A stretch of 64,000 nt of DNA. It comes from Marsupella aquatica (Eukaryota; Plantae; Marchantiophyta). The DNA lies in assembly GCA_973895155.1 (NCBI GenBank), contig OZ316899.1, positions 14,077,934-14,141,933 on the forward strand, written 5' to 3'. Made by a program: the position numbers and the translations under genes. Below are positions 63,511 through 64,000 of this stretch, piece after piece; the stretch's first letter is position 1; every line of letters begins with the position of its first letter. Below the pieces are notes generated by a model. That model saw only the letters and a program-made list of their open reading frames with translations. It was not told the origin of the DNA and ran no database searches.

Positions 63511-64000
63511 TGAGCCAAGGTGTATCGGGCATGCAATTAGAAGGGTGGGGAGGAGCGGATTTACGGATTTTGTGGTGGATCAAACTGTTTGGAAAAAGGT
63601 AGTTGGATTTTGACAAATGGTCATCAATCATTCTTGCTCTTTTATTGTGAATATTGTTGTCATTGCGCATATCTTGTTCAAATTGCACATAACTTTATGT
63701 AATCAAATGATGCAATTCAAGTTAACACAAAGTACGGGACAAAAGACTTTGATGGGTATTTAGAGTAGGGGGCAAGAGTTGGGCAAGAGCTGTTCAGTGT
63801 CAAAGTTACGAAAGATGGAACAAATGTGGGTGGCAAAAGGCACAAACGGGAAAGACGGCTAGGGAAAGAATTGGTCCAAAAGCCAGAGCAAGTGACCAAT
63901 CGAGATGCCAAGGCACGTCAAAGCAAGCCAGTTCTTGGGGATAAGATTTGTTTTGTTTGGAGCTTGGTCTCATTGGCCTTCATTGAGAAAGTCTTGTTTA

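Overview
Transposon-dense plant nuclear DNA (TTTAGGG repeats; plant CACTA, Copia, LINE and Ty3/Gypsy families). No clear ordinary host gene. Layout, left to right: Copia RT remnant and degenerate repeats (1-3 kb); a 2-kb solo LTR with target-site duplication (TSD) ACTTG (6117-8123); a 25.6-kb CACTA element A (8468-34051, TSD TTA) whose transposase is split by a nested 16.55-kb CACTA element B (11229-27780, perfect 18-bp terminal inverted repeats (TIRs), TSD TAA); an orphan coiled-coil pseudo-ORF; LINE and Copia debris; and a rearranged 21-kb cluster of Ty3/Gypsy LTRs (41999-63080). Two candidate new systems stand out. (1) Upstream of its transposase and on the same strand, element B carries an array of compact stand-alone host-like modules: an EDM2-type PHD cluster, a tandem BRCT protein, an F-box-only protein and a Cys-rich ORF. 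This is a possible anti-silencing or host-manipulation cassette. (2) The Gypsy elements are primed by tRNA-Asn and have 4.0-4.7 kb LTRs that each contain a complete ~900-1200 aa ORF (Transposase_32/PMD-like domain plus coiled coil) upstream of the primer-binding site (PBS), so the LTRs appear to be protein-coding. All domain calls come from motif recognition by eye and need HMM or structure confirmation.
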